NCBI RefSeq assembly: GCF_009914755.1
Contig: NC_060944.1
Length of the DNA: 64,000 nt
DNA from: the human T2T-CHM13v2.0 reference genome, Homo sapiens
Direction: 5' to 3' (one strand)
Below, one piece after another: positions 35,000-49,600 of the stretch. A model generated the notes under the pieces. That model did no database searches. It had not been told where the DNA came from and worked only from the letters and a program-made list of their open reading frames with translations. Within the stretch, counting starts at the first letter, position 1. The number at the start of each line of letters is the position of its first letter. The translations under genes and the position numbers were made by a program.

Positions 35000-37900
35000 A
35001 GACAGCAGCATTGTCAGAAACTACTTTGTGATGTTTGCATTCAAGTCACAGAATTGAACACTCCCTTTCACAGAGCAGGTTTGAAACACTCTTTTTGTAG
35101 TGTCTGTAAGTGAACATTTGGATTGCTTTCAGGCCTAAGGTGAAAAAGGAAATATCTTCCCATAAAAACTAGACAGAAGCATTCTCAGAAACTTGTTTGT
35201 GATGTGTGCCCTCTACTGACAGAGTTGAACCTTTCTTTGCAAAGAGCAGTTTTGAAACACTCTTTTTGTAGAATCTGCAAGAGGATATTTGGATAGCTTT
35301 GAGGATTTCTTGGGAAACGGGAATGTCTTCAGATAAACTCTAGACAGAAGCATTCTCAGAAACTTCTTTGGGATGTTTCAATTGAAGTCACAGTGTTGAA
35401 CATTCCCTTTCACAGAGCAGGTTTGAAACACTCTTTTTGTAGTGTCTATAAGTGAACATTTGGCGTGATTTCAGGCCTAACGTGAAAAAGGAAATATCTT
35501 CCCATAAAAACTAGACAGAAGCATTCTCAGAAACTTGTTCGTGATGTGTGCCCTCTACTGACAGAGTTGAACCTTTCTTTGCAAAGAGCAGCTTTGGAAC
35601 ACTCTTTTTGTAGAATCTGCAAGAGGATATTTGGATAGCTTTGAGGATTTCGTTGGAAACGGGTAAGTCTTCAGATAAACTCTAGACAGAAGCATTCTCA
35701 GAAACTTCTTTGGGATGTTGCATTCAAGTCACAGAGTAGAACATTCCCATTCATAGAGCAGATTTGAAACACTCTTTTTGTAGTATCTGGAAGTGGACAT
35801 TTGGAGCGCTTTCAGGCCTATGTTGAAAAAGGAAATATCTTCCCATAAAAACTAGACGGAAGCATTCTCAGAAACTTACTTGTGATGTGTTTGCTCAACT
35901 AACAGAATTGAACCATCGTTTTGAAGGAGCAGTTTTGAAACACTGTTTTCGTGGAATCTGCAAGTGGATATTTGGCTAGTTTTGAGGATTTCGTTGGAAA
36001 CGGGATTACATATAAAAAGGAGACAGCAGCATTCTCAGAAACTTCTTTGTGATGTCTGCATTCAAGTCACAGAGTTGAGCATTCCCTTTCATAGAGCAGG
36101 TTGGAAACACTCTTTTTGTAGTATCTGGATGAGGACATTTGGAGCGCTTTCAGGCGTATGGTGAAAAAGGAAATATCTTCCCGTAAAAACTAGACAGAAG
36201 CATTCTCAGAAATTTATTTGTGATGTGTGCCCTCAACTAACAGAGTTGAACCTTTCTTTTGATAGAGCAGTTTGAAACACTCTTTTTGTAAAATCTGCAA
36301 GAGGATATTTGGATAGCTTTGAGGATTTCGTTGCAAACGGGAATGGCTTCATATAAACTCTAGACGGAAGCATTCTCAGAAACTTCGTTGGGATGTTTCG
36401 ATTGAAGTCCCAGTGTTGAACATTCCCTTTTATAGAGCAGGTTGGAAACACTCTTTTTGCATTCCCTGGAGGTGGACATTTGGAGCGCTTTCAGGACGAC
36501 GGTGAAAATGGAAATATCTTCCAATAAAATCTAGATAGAAGCAATGTCAGAAACTTTTATGTGATGGATCTACTCAGCTAACAGAGTTGAAACTTTCTTT
36601 TGAGAGAGCAGTTTTGCAACACTCTTTTTGTGGAATATGCAAGTGGATATTAGGGCAGCTTTGAGGATTTCGTTGGAAACGGGAATACATGTAAAAAGCA
36701 GACAGCAGCATTCTCAGAAACTTCTTTGTGATGTTTGCATTGAAGGCACAGAGTTGAACATTCCCTTTGAGAGAGCAGGTTTGAAACACGCCTTTTGTCA
36801 TATCTGGAAGTGTCCATTCGGAGCGCATTCAGGCTTGTGTTGAAAAAGGAAATATCCTCCCATAAAAACTAGACAGAAGCATTCTCAGAAACTTATTTGT
36901 GATGTATGAACTCAACTAACACAACTAAACCATCGTTTTGAAGGAGCAGTTTTGAAACACTCTTTTTGCGGAATCTGCAACTGGATATTTGGCTAGCTTG
37001 GAGGATTTCGTTGGAAACGGGATTACATACAAAAAGCAGACAGCAGCATTCTCAGAAACTTCTTTGTGATGTTTGCATTCAAGTCACAGAGTTGAACATT
37101 CCCTTTCATAGAGCAGGTTTGAAACACTCTTTTTGTAGTATCTGGATGTGGACATTTGGATCGCTTTCAGGCCTATGGTGAAAAAGGAAATATCTTCCCA
37201 TGAAAACTAGACAGAAGCATTCTCAGAAACTTATTTGTGATGTGTGCCCTCAACTGACAGTGTTGAACCTTTGTTTTGATAGAGCAGTTCTGAAACACAC
37301 TTTTTGTAAAATCTGCAAGAGGATATTTGGATAGCTTTGAGGATTTCGTTGGAAACGGGAATGTCTTCATGTAAACTCTAGACAGAAGCATTCTCAGAAA
37401 CTGCTTTGGGATGTTTCAATTGAAGTCCCAGTGTTGAACATTCCCTTTCATAGAGCAGGTTTGAAACACTCTTTTTGTAGTATCTGGAAGTGGACATTTG
37501 GAGCGCTTTCAGGTCTATGGTGAAAAAGGAGATATCTTCCAATAAAAACTAGATAGAAGCAATGTCAGAACTTTTTTCATGATGTATCTACTCAGCATAC
37601 AGAGTTGAACCTTTCTTTCGAGAGAGCAGTTTTGAAAAACTCTTTTGGGGAATATGCAAGTGGGTATTAGGCCAGCTTGGAGGATTTCGTTGGAAACGGG
37701 AATACGTATAAAAAGCAGACAGCAGCATTGTCAGAAACTACTTTGTGATGTTTGCATTCAAGTCACAGAATTGAACACTCCCTTTCACAGAGCAGGTTTG
37801 AAACACTCTTTTTGTAGTGTCGGTAAGTGAACATTTGGATTGCTTTCAGGCCTATGGTGAAAAAGGAAATATCTTCCCATAAAAACTAGACAGAAGCATT

Positions 37901-40900
37901 CTCAGAAACTTGTTTGTGATGTGTGCCCTCTACTGACAGAGTTGAACCTTTCTTTGCAAAGAGTAGGTTTGAAACACTCTTTTTGTAGAATCTGCAAGAG
38001 GATATTTGGATAGCTTTGAGGATTTCTTGGGAAACGGGAATGTCTTCAGATAAACTCTAGACACAAGCATTCTCAGAAACTTCTTTGGGATGTTTCAATT
38101 GAAGTCACAGTGTTGAACATTCCCTTTCACAGAGCAGGTTTGAAACACTCTTTTTGTAGTGTCTATAAGTGAACATTTGGCATGCTTTCAGGCCTAACGT
38201 GAAAAAGGAAATATCTTCCCATAAAAACTAGACAGAAGCATTCTCAGAAACTTGTTTGTGATGTGTGCCCTCTACTGACAGAGATGAACCTTTCTTTGCA
38301 AAGAGCAGCTTTGGAACACTCTTTTTGTAGAATCTGCAAGAGGATATTTGGATAGCTTTGAGGATTTCGTTGGAAACTGGAATGTCTTCAGATAAACTCT
38401 AGACAGAAGCATTCTCAGAAACTTCTTTGGGATGTTGCATTCAAGTCACAGAGTAGAACATTCCCATTCATAGAGCCGATTTGAAACACTCTTTTTGTAG
38501 TATCTGGAAGTGGACATTTGGAGCGTTTTCAGGCCTATGTTGAAAAGGGAAATATCTTCCCATAAAAACTAGACGGAAGCATTCTCAGAAACTTACTTGT
38601 GATGTGTTTGCTCAACTAACAGAATTGAACCATCGTTTTGAAGGAGCAGTTCTGAAACACTGTTTTCGTGGTATCTGCAAGTGGATATTTGGCTAGCTTT
38701 GAGGATTTCGTTGGAAACGGGATTACATATAAAAAGGAGACAGCAGCATTCTCAGAAACTTCTTTGTGATGTCTGCATTCAAGTCACAGAGTTGAGCATT
38801 CCCTTTCATAGAGCAGGTTGGAAACACTCTTTTTGTAGTATCTGGATGAGGACATTTGGAGCGCTTTCAGGCCTATGGTGAAAAAGGAAATATCTTCCCG
38901 TAAAAACTAGACAGAAGCATTCTCAGAAATTTATTTGTGATGTGTGCCCTCAACTAACAGAGTTGAACCTTTCTTTTGATAGAGCAGTTTTGAAACACTC
39001 TTTTTGTAAAATCTGCAAGAGGATATTTGGATAGCTTTGAGGATTTCGTTGCAAACGGGAATGGCTTCATATAAAGTCTAGACAGAATCATTCTCAGAAA
39101 CTTCGTTGGGATGTTTCGATTGAAGTCCCAGTGTTGAACATTCCCTTTCATAGAGCAGGTTGGAAACACTCTTTCTGCATTCCCTGGAAGTGGACATTTG
39201 GAGCGCTTTCAGGACGACGGTGAAAATGGAAATATCTTCCAATAAAATCTAGATAGAAGCAATGTCAGAAACCTTTCTGTGATGGATCTACTCAGCTAAC
39301 AGAGTTGAACCTTTCTTTTGAGAGAGCAGTTTTGCAACACTCTTTTTGTGGAATATGCAAGTGGATATTAGGGCAGCTTTGAGGATTTCGTTGGAAACGG
39401 GAATACATGTAAAAAGCAGACAGCAGCATTCTCAGAAACTTCTTTGTGATGTTTGCATTGAAGTCACAGAGTTGAACATTCCCTTTGAGAGAGCAGGTTT
39501 GAAACACGCCTTTTGTCATATCTGGAAGTGTCCATTCGGAGCGCATTCAGGCTTGTGTTGAAAAAGGAAATATCCTCCCATAAAAACTAGACAGAAGCAT
39601 TCTCAGAAACTTATTTGTGATGTATGAACTCAACTAACAGAACTAAACCATCGTTTCGAAGGAGCAGTTTTGAAACACTCTTTTTGCGAAATCTGCAACT
39701 GGATATTTGGCTAGCTTGGAGGATTTCGTTGGAAACGGGATTACATACAAAAAGCAGACAGCAGCATTCTCAGAAACTTCTTTGTGATGTTTGCATTCAA
39801 GTCACAGAGTTGAACATTCCCTTTCATAGAGCAGGTTTGAAACACACTTTTTGTAGTATCTGTATGTGGACATTTGGATCGCTTTCAGGCCTATGGTGAA
39901 AAAGGAAATATCTTCACATGAAAACTAGACAGAAGCATTCTCAGAAACTTATTTGTGATGTGTGCCCTCAACTGACAGTGTTGAACCTTTGTTTTGATAG
40001 AGCAGTTCTGAAACACACTTTTTGTAAAATCTGCAAGAGGATATTTGGATAGCTTTGAGGATTTCGTTGGAAACGGGAATGTCTTCATGTAAACTCTAGA
40101 CAGAAGCATTCTCAGAAACTGCTTTGGGATGTTTCAATTGAAGTCCCAGTGTTGAACATTCCCTTTCATATAGCAGGTTTGAAACACTCTTTTTGTAGTA
40201 TCTGGAAGTGGACATTTGGAGCGCTTTCAGGTCTACGGTGAAAAAGGAGATACCTTCCAATAAAAACTAGATAGAAGCAATGTCAGAACTTTTTTCATGA
40301 GGTATCTACTCAGCAAACAGAGTTGAACCTTTCTTTTGAGAGAGCAGTTTTGAAACACTCTTTTTGTGGAATATGCAAGTGGGTATTAGGCCAGCTTGGA
40401 GGATTTCGTTGGAAACGGGAATACGTATAAAAAGCAGACAGCAGCATTGTCAGAAACTACTTTGTGATGTTTGCATTCAAGTCACAGAATTGAACACTCC
40501 CTTTCACAGAGCAGGTTTGAAACACTCTTTTTGTAGTGTCTGTAAGTGAACATTTGGATTGCTTTCAGGCCTAAGGTGAAAAAGGAAATATCTTCCCATA
40601 AAAACTAGACAGAAGCATTCTCAGAAACTTGTTTGTGATGTGTGCCCTCTACTGACAGAGTTGAACCTTTCTTTGCAAAGAGCAGCTTTGAAACACTCTT
40701 TTTGTAGAATCTGCAAGAGGATATTTGGATAGCTTTGAGGATTTCTTGGGAAACGGGAATGTCTTCAGATAAACTCTAGACAGAAGCATTCTCAGAAACT
40801 TCTTTGGGATGTTTCAATTGAAGTCACAGTGTTGAACATTCCCTTTCACAGAGCAGGTTTGAAACACCCTTTTTGTAGTGTCTATAAGTGAACATTTGGC

Positions 40901-43900
40901 GTGCTTTCAGGCCTAACGTAAAAAAGGAACTATCTTCCCATAAAAACTAGACAGAAGCATTCTCAGAAACTTGTTTGTGATGTGTGCCCTCTACTGACAG
41001 AGTTGAACCTTTCTTTGCAAAGAACAGCTTTGGAACACTCTTTTTGTAGAATCTGCAAGAGGATATTTGGATAGCTTTGAGGATTTCGTTGGAAACGGGC
41101 ATGTCTTCAGATAAACTCTAGACAGAAGCATTCTCAGAAACTTCTTTGGGACGTTGCATTCAAGTCACAGAGTAGAACATTCCCATTCATAGAGCAGATT
41201 TGAAACACTCTTTTTGTAGTATCTGGAAGTGGACATTTGGAGCGCTTTCAGGCCTATGTTGAAAAAGGAAATATCTTCCCATAAAAACTAGACGGAAGCA
41301 TTCTCAGAAACATACTTGTGATGTGTTTGCTCAACTAAGAGAATTGAACCATCGTTTTGAAGGAGCAGTTTTGAAACACTGTTTTCGTGGAATCTGCAAG
41401 TGGATATTTGGCTAGCTTTGAGGATTTCGTTGGAAACGGGATTACATATAAAAAGGAGACAGCAGCATTCTCAGAAACTTCTTTGTGATGTCTGCATTCA
41501 AGTCACAGAGTTGAGCATTCCCTTTTATAGAGCAGGTTGGAAACACTCTATTTGTAGTACCTGGATGAGGACATTTGGAGCGCTTTCAGGCGTATGGTGA
41601 AAAATGAAATATCTTCCCGTAAAAACTAGACAGAAGCATTCTCAGAAATTTATTTGTGATGTGTGCCCTCAACTAACAGAGTTGAACCTTTCTTTTGATA
41701 GAGCAGTTTTGAAACACTCTTTTTGTAAAATCTGCAAGAGGATATTTGGATAGCTTTGAGGATTTCGTTGCAAACGGGAATGGCTTCATATAAACTCTAG
41801 ACGGAAGCATTCTCAGAAATTTCGTTGGGATGTTTCGATTGAAGTCCCAGTGTTGAACATTCCCTTTCATAGAGCAGGTTGGAAACACTCTTTCTGCATT
41901 CCCTGGAAGTGGACATTTGGAGCCCTTTCTGGACGACGGTGAAAATGGAAATATCTTCCAATAAAATCTAGATAGAAGCAATGTCAGAAACTTTTCTGTG
42001 ATGGATCTACTCAGCTACCAGAGTTGAACCTTTCTTTTGAGAGAGCAGTTTTGCAACACTCTTTTTGTGGAATATGCAAGTGGATATTAGGGCAGCTTTG
42101 AGGATTTCGTTGGAAACGGGAATACATGTAAAAAGCAGACAGCAGCATTCTCAGAAACTTCTTTGTGATGTTTGCATTGAAGTCACAGAGTTGAACATTC
42201 CCTTTGAGAGAGCAGGTTTGAAACACGCCTTTTGTCATATCTGGAAGTGTCCATTCGGAGCGCATTCAGGCTTGTGTTGAAAAAGGAAATATCCTCCCAT
42301 AAAAACTAGACAGAAGCATTCTCAGAAACTTATTTGTGATGTATGAACTCAACTAACAGAACTAAACCATCGTTTCGAAGGAGCAGTTTTGAAACACTCT
42401 TTTTGCGGAATCTGCAACTGGATATTTGGCTAGCTTGGAGGATTTCGTTGGAAACGTGATTACATACAAAAAGCAGACAGCAGCATTCTCAGAAACTTCT
42501 TTGTGATGTTTGCATTCAAGTCACAGAGTTGAACATTCCCTTTCATAGAGCAGGTTTGAAACACTCTTTTTGTAGTATCTGGATGTGGACATTTGGATCG
42601 CTTTCAGGCCTATGGTGAAAAAGGAAATATCTTCCCATGAAAACTAGACAGAAGCATTCTCAGAAACTTATTTGTGATGTGTGCCCTCAACTGACAGTGT
42701 TGAACCTTTGTTTTGATAGAGCAGTTCTGAAACACACTTTTTGTAAAATCTGCAAGAGGATATTTGGATAGCTTTGAGGATTTCGTTGGAAACGGGAATG
42801 TCTTCATGTAAACTCTAGACAGAAGCATTCTCAGAAACTGCTTTGGGATGTTTCAATTGAAGTCCCAGTGTTGAACATTCCCTTTCATAGAGCAGGTTTG
42901 AAACACTCTTTTTGTACCATCTGGAAGTGGACGTTTGGAGCGCTTTCAGGTCTACGGTGAAAAAGGAGATATCTTCCAATAAAAACTAGATAGAAGCAAT
43001 GTCAGAACTTTTTTCATGATGTATCTACTCAGCAAACAGAGTTGAACCTTTCTTTCGAGAGAGCAGTTTTGAAACACTCTTTTTGTGGAATATGCAAGTG
43101 GGTATTAGGCCAGCTTGGAGGATTTCGTTGGAAACGGGAATACGTATAAAAAGCAGACAGCAGCATTGTCAGAAACTACTTTGTGATGTTTGCATTCAAG
43201 TCACAGAATTGAACACTCCCTTTCACAGAGCAGGTTTGAAACACTCTTTTTGTAGTGTCTGTAAGTGAACATTTGGATTGCTTTCAGGCCTAAGGTGAAA
43301 AAGGAAATATCTTCCCATAAAAACTAGACAGAAGCATTCTCAGAAACTTGTTTGTGATGTGTGCCCTCTACTGACAGAGTTGAACCTTTCTTTGCAAAGA
43401 GCAGTTTTGAAACACTCTTTTTGTAGAATCTGCAAGAGGATATTTGGATAGCTTTGAGGATTTCTTGGGAAACGGGAATGTCTTCAGATAAACTCTAGAC
43501 AGAAGCATTCTCAGAAACTTCTTTGGGATGTTTCAATTGAAGTCACAGTGTTGAACATTCCCTTTCACAGAGCAGGTTTGAAACACTCTTTTTGTAGTGT
43601 CTATAAGTGAACATTTGGCGTGCTTTCAGGCCTAACGTGAAAAAGGAACTATCTTCCCATAAAAACTAGACAGAAGCATTCTCAGAAACTTGTTTGTGAT
43701 GTGTGCCCTCTACTGACAGAGTTGAACCTTTCTTTGCAAAGAGCAGCTTTGGAACACTCTTTTTGTAGAATCTGCAAGAGGATATTTGGATAGCTTTGAG
43801 GATTTCGTTGGAAACGGGCATGTCTTCAGATAAACTCTAGACAGAAGCATTCTCAGAAACTTCTTTGGGATGTTGAATTCAAGTCACAGAGTAGAACATT

Positions 43901-45637
43901 CCCATTCATAGAGCAGATTTGAAGCACTCTTTTTGTAGTATCTGGAAGTGGACATTTGGAGCGCTTTCAGGCCTATGTTGAAAAAGGAAATATCTTCCCA
44001 TAAAAACTAGACGGAAGCATTCTCAGAAACTTACTTGTGATGTGTTTGCTCAACTAACAGAATTGAACCATCGTTTTGAAGGAGCAGTTTTGAAACACTG
44101 TTTTCGTGGAATCTGCATGTGGATATTTGGCTAGCTTTGAGGATTTCGTTGGAAACGAGATTATATATAAAAAGGAGACAGCAGCATTCTCAGAAACTTC
44201 TTTGTGATGTCTGCATTCAAGTCACAGAGTTGAGCATTCCCTTTCATAGAGCAGGTTGGAAACACTCTTTTTGTAGTATCTGGATGAGGACATTTGGAGC
44301 GCTTTCAGGCGTATGGTGAAAAAGGAAATATCTTCCCGTAAAAACTAGACAGAAGCATTCTCAGAAATTTATTTGTGATGTGTGCCCTCAACTAACAGAG
44401 TTGAACCTTTCTTTTGATAGAGCAGTTTTGAAACACTCTTTTTGTAAAATCTGCAAGAGGATATTTGGATAGCTTTGAGGTTTTCGTTGCAAACGGGAAT
44501 GGCTTCATATAAAGTCTAGACAGAAGCATTCTCAGAAACTTCGTTGGGATGTTTCGATTGAAGTCCCAGTGTTGAACATTCCCTTTTATAGCGCAGGTTG
44601 GAAACACTCTTTTTGCATTCCCTGGAAGTGGACATTTGGAGCGCTTTCAGGACGACGGTGAAAATGGAAATATCTTCCAATAAAATCTAGATAGAAGCAA
44701 TGTCAGAAACTTTTCTGTGATGGATCTACTCAGCTAACAGAGTTGAACCTTTCTTTTGAGAGAGCAGTTTTGCAACACTCTTTTTGTGGAATATGCAAGT
44801 GGATATTAGGGCAGCTTTGAGGATTTCGTTGGAAAAGGGAATACATGTAAAAAGCAGACAGCAGCATTCTCAGAAACTTCATGTGATGTTTGCATTGAAG
44901 TCACAGAGTTGAACATTCCCTTTGAGATGGCAGGGTTGAAACACGCATTTTGTCATATCTGGAAGTGCCCATTCGGAGCGCATTCAGGCTTGGGTTGAAA
45001 AAGGAAATATCCTCCCATAAAAACTAGACAGAAGCATTCTCAGAAACTTATTTGTGATGTATGTACTCAACTAACAGAACTAAACCATCGTTTTGAAGGA
45101 GCAGTTTTGAAACACTCTTTTTGCGGAATCTGCAACTGGATATTTGGCTAGCTGGGAGGATTTCGTTGGAAACGGGATTACATACAAAAAGCAGACAGCA
45201 GCATTCTCAGAAACTTCTTTGTGATGTTTGCATTCAAGTCACAGAGTTGAACATTCCCTTTCATAGAGCAGGTTTGAAACACTCTTTTTGTAGTATCTGG
45301 ATGTGGACATTTGGATCGCTTTCAGGCCTATGGTGAAAAAGGCAATATCTTCCAATAAAAACTAGATAGAAGCAATGTCAGAACTTTTTTCATGATGTAT
45401 CTACTCAGCAAACAGAGTTGAACCTTTCTTTTGAGAGAGCAGTTTTGAAACACTCTTTTTGTGGAATATGCAAGTGGGTATTAGGCCAGCTTGGAGGATT
45501 TCGTTGGAAACGGGAATACGTATAAAAAGCAGACAGCAGCATTGTCAGAAACTACTTTGTGATGCTTGCATTCAAGTCACAGAATTGAACACTCCCTTTC
45601 ACAGAGCAGGTTTGAAACACTCTTTTTGTAGTGTCTG
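35000..45637 (+). repeat. Near-identical copy of 1-10638 (super-repeat, offset 34,999 bp)
   Basis: Private SNPs, indels and the 14-mer recur at exactly +34,999 (ORF track 965->35964, 4625->39624, 6674->41673, 10122->45121). Confidence 0.96.
43155..45530 (+). repeat. 14-mer HOR structural variant (2376 bp), copy 2
   Basis: Same junction (AAAAAGGCAATATCTTCCAATAAAA, C at 45343) and same private variants as 8156-10531. Confidence 0.95.
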
Positions 45638-46210
45638 GATGTGGACATTTGGATCACTTTCAGGCCTATGGTGAAAAAGGAAATATCTTCCCATGAAAAC
45701 TAGACAGAAGGATTCTCAGAAACTTATTTGTGATGTGTGCCCTCAACTGACAGTGTTGAACCTTTGTTTTGATATAGCAGTTCTGAAACACACTTTTTGT
45801 AAAATCTGCAAGAGGATATTTGGATAGCTTTGAGGATTTCGTTGGAAACGGGAATGTCTTCATGTAAACTCTAGACAGAAGCATTCTCAGAAACTGCTTT
45901 GGGATGTTTCAATTGAAGTCCCAGTGTTGAACATTCACTTTCATAGAGCAGGTTTGAAACAGTCTTTTTGTAGTATCTGGAAGTGCACATTTGGAGCGCT
46001 TTCAGGTCTATGGTGAAAAAGGAGATATCTTCCAATAAAAACTAGATAGAAGCAATGTCAGAACTTTTTTCATGATGTATCTACTCAGCAAACAGAGTTG
46101 AACCTTTCTTTTGAGAGAGCAGTTGTGAAACACTCTTTTTGTGGAATGTGCAAGTGGGTATTAGGCCAGATTGGGGGATTTCGTTGGAAACGGGAATACG
46201 TATAAAAAGC
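45531..46210 (+). repeat. 4-monomer (680-bp) HOR remnant starting with a chimeric monomer; with the preceding 14-mer it gives an apparent 18-mer (3056 bp)
   Basis: HOR marker recurs after only 680 bp; junction GTAGTG-TCTG-GATGTGGACATTTGGATCAC at 45633-45638. Confidence 0.93.
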
Positions 46211-46639
46211 AGACAGCAGCATTGTCAGAAACTACTTTGTGATGTTTGCATTCAAGTCACAGAATTGAACACTCCCTTTCACAGAGCAGGTTTGAAACAC
46301 TGTTTTTGTAGTGTCTGTAAGTGAACATTTGGATTGCTTTCAGGCCTAAGGTGAAAAAGGAAATATCTTCCCATAAAAACTAGACAGAAGCATTCTCAGA
46401 AACTTGTTTGTGATGTGTGCCCTCTACTGACAGAGTTGAACCTTTCTTTGCAAAGAGCAGTTTTGAAACACTCTTTTTGTAGAATCTGCAAGAGGATATT
46501 TGGATAGCTTTGAGGATTTCTTGGGAAACGGGAATGTCTTCAGATAAACTCTAGACAGAAGCATTCTCAGAAACTTCTTTGGGATGTTTCAATAGAAGTC
46601 ACAGTGTTGAACATTCCCTTTCACAGAGCAGGTTTGAAA

Positions 46640-49600
46640 CACTCTTTTTGTAGTGTCTATAAGTGAACATTTGGCGTGCTTTCAGGCCTAACGTGAAAAA
46701 GGAAATATCTTCCCATAAAAACTAGACAGAAGCATTCTCAGAAACTTGTTCGTGATGTGTGCCCTCTACTGACAGAGTTGAACCTTTCTTTGCAAAGAGC
46801 AGCTTTGAAACACTCTTTTTGTAGAATCTGCAAGAGGATATTTGGATAGATTTGAGGATTTCGTTGGAAACGGGTATGTCTTCAGATAAACTCTAGACAG
46901 AAGCATTCTCAGAAACTTCTTTGGGATGTTGCATTCAAGTCACAGAGTAGAACATTCACATTCATAGAGCAGATTTGAAACACTCTTTTTGTAGTATCTG
47001 GAAGTGGACATTTGGAACGCTTTCAGGCCTATGTTGAAAAAGGAAATATCTTCCCATAAAAACTAGACGGAAGCATTCTCAGAAACTTACTTGTGATGTG
47101 TTTGCTCAACTAACAGAATTGAACCATCGTTTTGAAGGAGCAGTTTTGAAACACTGTTTTCGTGGAATCTGCAAGTGGATATTTGGCTAGCTTTGAGGAT
47201 TTCGTTGGAAACGGGATTACATATAAAAAGGAGACAGCAGCATTCTCAGAAACTTCTTTGTGATGTCTGCATTCAAGTCACAGAGTTGAGCATTCCCTTT
47301 CATAGAGCAGGTTGGAAACACTCTTTTTGTAGTATCTGGATGAGGACATTTGGAGCGCTTTCAGGCCTATGGTGAAAAAGGAAATATCTTCCCGTAAAAA
47401 CTAGACAGAAGCATTCTCAGAAATTTATTTGTGATGTGTGCCTTCAACTAACAGAGTTGAACCTTTCTTTTGATAGAGCAGTTTTGAAACACTCTTTTTG
47501 TAAAATCTGCAAGAGGATATTTGGATAGCTTTGAGGATTTCATTGCAAACGGGAATGGCTTCATATAAACTCTAGACAGAAGCATTCTCAGAAACTTCGT
47601 TGGGATGTTTCGATTGAAGTCCCAGTGTTGAACATTCCCTTTTATAGAGCAGGTTGGAAACACTCTTTCTGCATTCCCTGGAAGTGGACATTTGGAGCGC
47701 TTTCAGGACGACGGTGAAAATGGAAATATCTTCCAATAAAATCTAGATAGAAGCAACGTCAGAAACTTTTATGTGATGGATCTACTCAGCTAACAGAGTT
47801 GAACCTTTCTTTTGAGAGAGCAGTTTTGCAACACTCTTTTTGTGGAATATGCAAGTGGATATTAGGGCAGCTTTGAGGATTTCGTTGGAAACGGGAATAC
47901 ATGTAAAAAGCAGACAGCAGCATTCTCAGAGAATTCTTTGTGATGTTTGCTTTGAAGTCACAGAGTTGAACATTCCCTTTGAGAGAGCAGGTTTGAAACA
48001 CGCCTTTTGTCATATCTGGAAGTGTCCATTCGGAGCGCATTCAGGCTTGTGTTGAAAAAGGAAATATCCTCCCATAAAAACTATACAGAAGCATTCTCAG
48101 AAACTTATTTGTGATGTATGTACTCAACTAACAGAACTAAACCATCGTTTTGAAGGAGCAGTTTTGAAACACTCTTTTTGCGGAATCTGCAAGTGGATAT
48201 TTGGCTAGCTGGGAGGATTTCGTTGGAAACGGGATTACATACAAAAAGCAGAGAGCAGCATTCTCAGAAACTTCTTTGTGATGTTTGCATTCAAGTCACA
48301 GAGTTGAACATTCCCTTTCATAGAGCAGGTTTGAAACACTCTTTTTGTAGTATCTGGATGTGGACATTTGGATCGCTTTCAGGTCTTTGGTGAAAAAGGA
48401 AATATCTTCCCATGAAAACTAGACAGAAGCATTCTCAGAAACTTATTTGTGATGTGTGCCCTCAACTGACAGTGTTGAACCTTTGTTTTGATAGAGCAGT
48501 TCTGAAACACACTTTTTGTAAAATCTGCAAGAGGATATTTGGATAGCTTTGAGGATTTCGTTGGAAACGGGAATGTCTTCATGTAAACTCTAGACAGAAG
48601 CATTCTCAGAAACTGCTTTGGGATGTTTCAATTGAAGTCCCAGTGTTGAACATTCCCTTTCATAGAGCAGGTTTGAAACACTCTTTTTGTACTATCTGGA
48701 AGTGGACATTTGGAGCGCTTTCAGGTCTACGGTGAAAAAGGAGATATCTTCCAATAAAAACTAGATAGAAGCAATGTCAGAACTTTTTTCATGATGTATC
48801 TACTCAGCAAACAGAGTTGAACCTTTCTTTTGAGAGAGCAGTTTTGAAACACTCTTTTTGTGGAATATGCAAGTGGGTATTAGGCCAGCTTGGAGGATTT
48901 CGTTGGAAACGGGAATACGTATAAAAAGCAGACAGCAGCATTGTCAGAAACTACTTTGTGATGTTTGCATTCAAGTCACAGAATTGAACACTCCCTTTCA
49001 CAGAGCAGGTTTGAAACACTCTTTTTGTAGTGTCTGTAAGTGAACATTTGGATTGCTTTCAGGCCTAAGGTGAAAAAGGAAATATCTTCCCATAAAAACT
49101 AGACAGAAGCATTCTCAGAAACTTGTTTGTGATGTGTGCCCTCTACTGACAGAGTTGAACCTTTCTTTGCAAAGAGCAGTTTTGAAACACTCTTTTTGTA
49201 GAATCTGCAAGAGGATATTTGGATAGCTTTGAGGATTTCTTGGGAAACGGGAAAGTCTTCAGATAAACTCTAGACAGAAGCATTCTCAGAAACTTCTTTG
49301 GGATGTTTCAATTGAAGTCACAGTGTTGAACATTCCCTTTCACAGAGCAGGTTTGAAACACTCTTTTTGTAGTGTCTATAAGTGAACATTTGGCGTGCTT
49401 TCAGGCCTAACGTGAAAAAGGAAATATCTTCCCATAAAAACTAGACAGAAGCATTCTCAGAAACTTGTTCGTGATGTGTGCCCTCTACTGACAGAGTTGA
49501 ACCTTTCTTTCCAAAGAGCAGCTTTGAAACACTCTTTTTGTAGAATCTGCAAGAGGATATTTGGATAGCTTTGAGGATTTCGTTGGAAACGGGTATGTCT

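Larger units (their letters stand above)
32780..46640 (+). repeat. Block of heterogeneous class A HORs (second)
   Basis: Class B EcoRI marker absent; private variants begin at ~32786 (TCTTCAAATA); 35000-45637 reproduces 1-10638. Confidence 0.85.
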
